Below, one piece after another: positions 62,881-64,000 of a DNA stretch of 64,000 nucleotides. Source of the stretch: Microcoleus sp. (GTDB lineage Bacteria > Cyanobacteriota > Cyanobacteriia > Cyanobacteriales > Microcoleaceae); assembly GCA_042408215.1 (NCBI GenBank), contig JAYFMW010000003.1, positions 384,001-448,000 of the forward strand. The letters are read 5' to 3'. Positions within the stretch are counted from its first letter, which is position 1. Each line of letters starts with the position of its first letter. Made by a program: the position numbers and the translations under genes. The notes under the pieces were generated by a model. That model was not told the DNA's origin. It worked only from the letters and a program-made list of their open reading frames with translations, and ran no database searches.

Positions 62881-63720
62881 TAGTTACCCAATCCGGGAAG
62901 AATGTCAATAGGTGTTTATCACAAATCTTTCAGCCCCCTACCCAAGCAAGGCGGCCTTTGATAGAATTGATGAAGCTGGTCTGCTTGCGCGTTGTGGTTT
63001 TCAAGTCCAGCAGCGCGCGGCGGATTTTCTCAATCTGGGGATTGAGCTCCTTTACCCAGAAGCGGCGATCGTACACGTCGAGGTAATGGCGGCGGTAAAG
63101 CTCGCACATCACGAGCGCATCGAACGAATCGTCCTTGTTATCAGTTCCTCCGAGGCTCCGGCGAGTAGCGCGTACCATGCCTTGATCCGCCGTCAGGACA
63201 AAAACCCCGTATCTTCGGAGATGCTTGCGCCAATAGTAAGAATAAGTCCCCGTGCCTTCTAATATTGCGACGGCGGGCGAATCTCCTACTTTTTTGAGCA
63301 AACTTTCGATTTCTGTAGTTTTGTAGACCGAGTGAACCGCGCCAAATTCAGGAGAGAGATAGAAATCTCTGAGTGCAACTGTCGGAAATTTCTCAAGCAA
63401 GACCACGTCCACGCGGTGCGCGGAAACGTCAATTCCTATTACTTTTAACATCAGTCTCCAACTATTAAAACTCTTACATAACCCACGAATCACCCAAGGG
63501 TGTTAACCCATATCCGCACTGAGGCTTAGGAGTTTTTATCGCGCGGCGAGGTTGGAATTCGCCGCGCGTTTGCGATCGGTCGTTCGTTCCCAGGAAGTAT
63601 TGGGGCGATAAAATCACCCACTTCCCATCTAAAGAACTAGAACCAATGCGAGGACGCAACCCTTACCCGCTACTCCCCTTTTTTCCAGGGGAGTTTCGAC
63701 TGTTAGGGAAACAGCCATCC

Positions 63721-64000
63721 TCAGGCGGGAATCAATCCGATCGCGACTAGCGATACGTAGACATAAATTGCTTTGGTCTGTTTGGTAATTGCGCTCGGTT
63801 CTACTTCCTCGAATTTCTTAGCTCGGAGAATATCGTTGGCAATATTTACGCATTCTGCCAAGCAACAGTCAAATGATTTGTGTGAACCTAAGAAACCGCG
63901 AGATTTAGCTGACTTGATAACTGCAAAAGTTTGCTTGAATTCTTCCTCGTTGTAGCTATCTTGCCGTAAGTTTTTGGCATCGGCGAGCAAGCGAAGAACC
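63721..64000 (-). CDS. Hypothetical protein, probably 5'-truncated by the window edge
   Basis: Open frame co-oriented with and upstream of the IS110-like gene. Confidence 0.45.
   Translation of the reverse strand, partial: VLRLLADAKNLRQDSYNEEEFKQTFAVIKSAKSRGFLGSHKSFDCCLAECVNIANDILRAKKFEEVEPSAITKQTKAIYVYVSLVAIGLIPA

Larger units (their letters stand above)
60936..62942 (-). mobile_element. IS607-family element, apparently intact
   Basis: tnpA and tnpB overlap; GG dinucleotide core at both junctions. Confidence 0.92.
60214..63451 (-). pseudogene. IS110-family DEDD recombinase split by IS607 (parts 63451-62942 and 60936-60214)
   Basis: GIDVS, LEGTGTYS, KDDSFDA; C-terminal GLGKVERSSG; rejoined junction reads LAWEYP, about 410 aa. 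Confidence 0.8.

Noticed and set aside
60936..62942. IStron (group I intron plus IS607)
   Set aside because: Only about 60 nt precede tnpA, leaving no room for an intron core

Overview
Window from a filamentous cyanobacterial chromosome (Oscillatoriales/Microcoleus-like by inference: abundant HIP1 GCGATCGC/CGATCG, heptameric STRR arrays, psbA, psbZ, cphAB). Housekeeping genes include ribH, psbZ, a CBS-domain tRNA nucleotidyltransferase, trmD, cphB-cphA, a B12-riboswitch cob cluster, tandem psbA, two PspA/IM30 genes, menB, tadA, plsC and an ABC ATPase. They are interspersed with about ten IS200/IS605/IS607 elements (TnpB, IscB), three protein-less mini-elements that appear to keep only ends and omega-RNA, MITEs and REP-like palindromes, some inserted in frame in genes. 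Most notable: (1) a secreted-protein island at 14.1-19.9 kb (RTX protein, DUF4347 protein, two double-glycine-leader small proteins) with eight copies of the palindrome TGCCAWWWTGGCA, five of them oriented with the gene and exactly 22 nt upstream of a TAN3T -10 box, a candidate unrecognised activator regulon; (2) a divergent IS110-family DEDD recombinase cleanly split by an IS607 at a GG core, with a structured upstream non-coding region; (3) standalone omega-RNA cassettes, one with its own TTGACA-N17-TAAAGT promoter; (4) an RNase D-like exonuclease with a duplicated C-terminal module and an SSB-like acidic IPF tail. All calls come from reading the sequence; no database searches were run.
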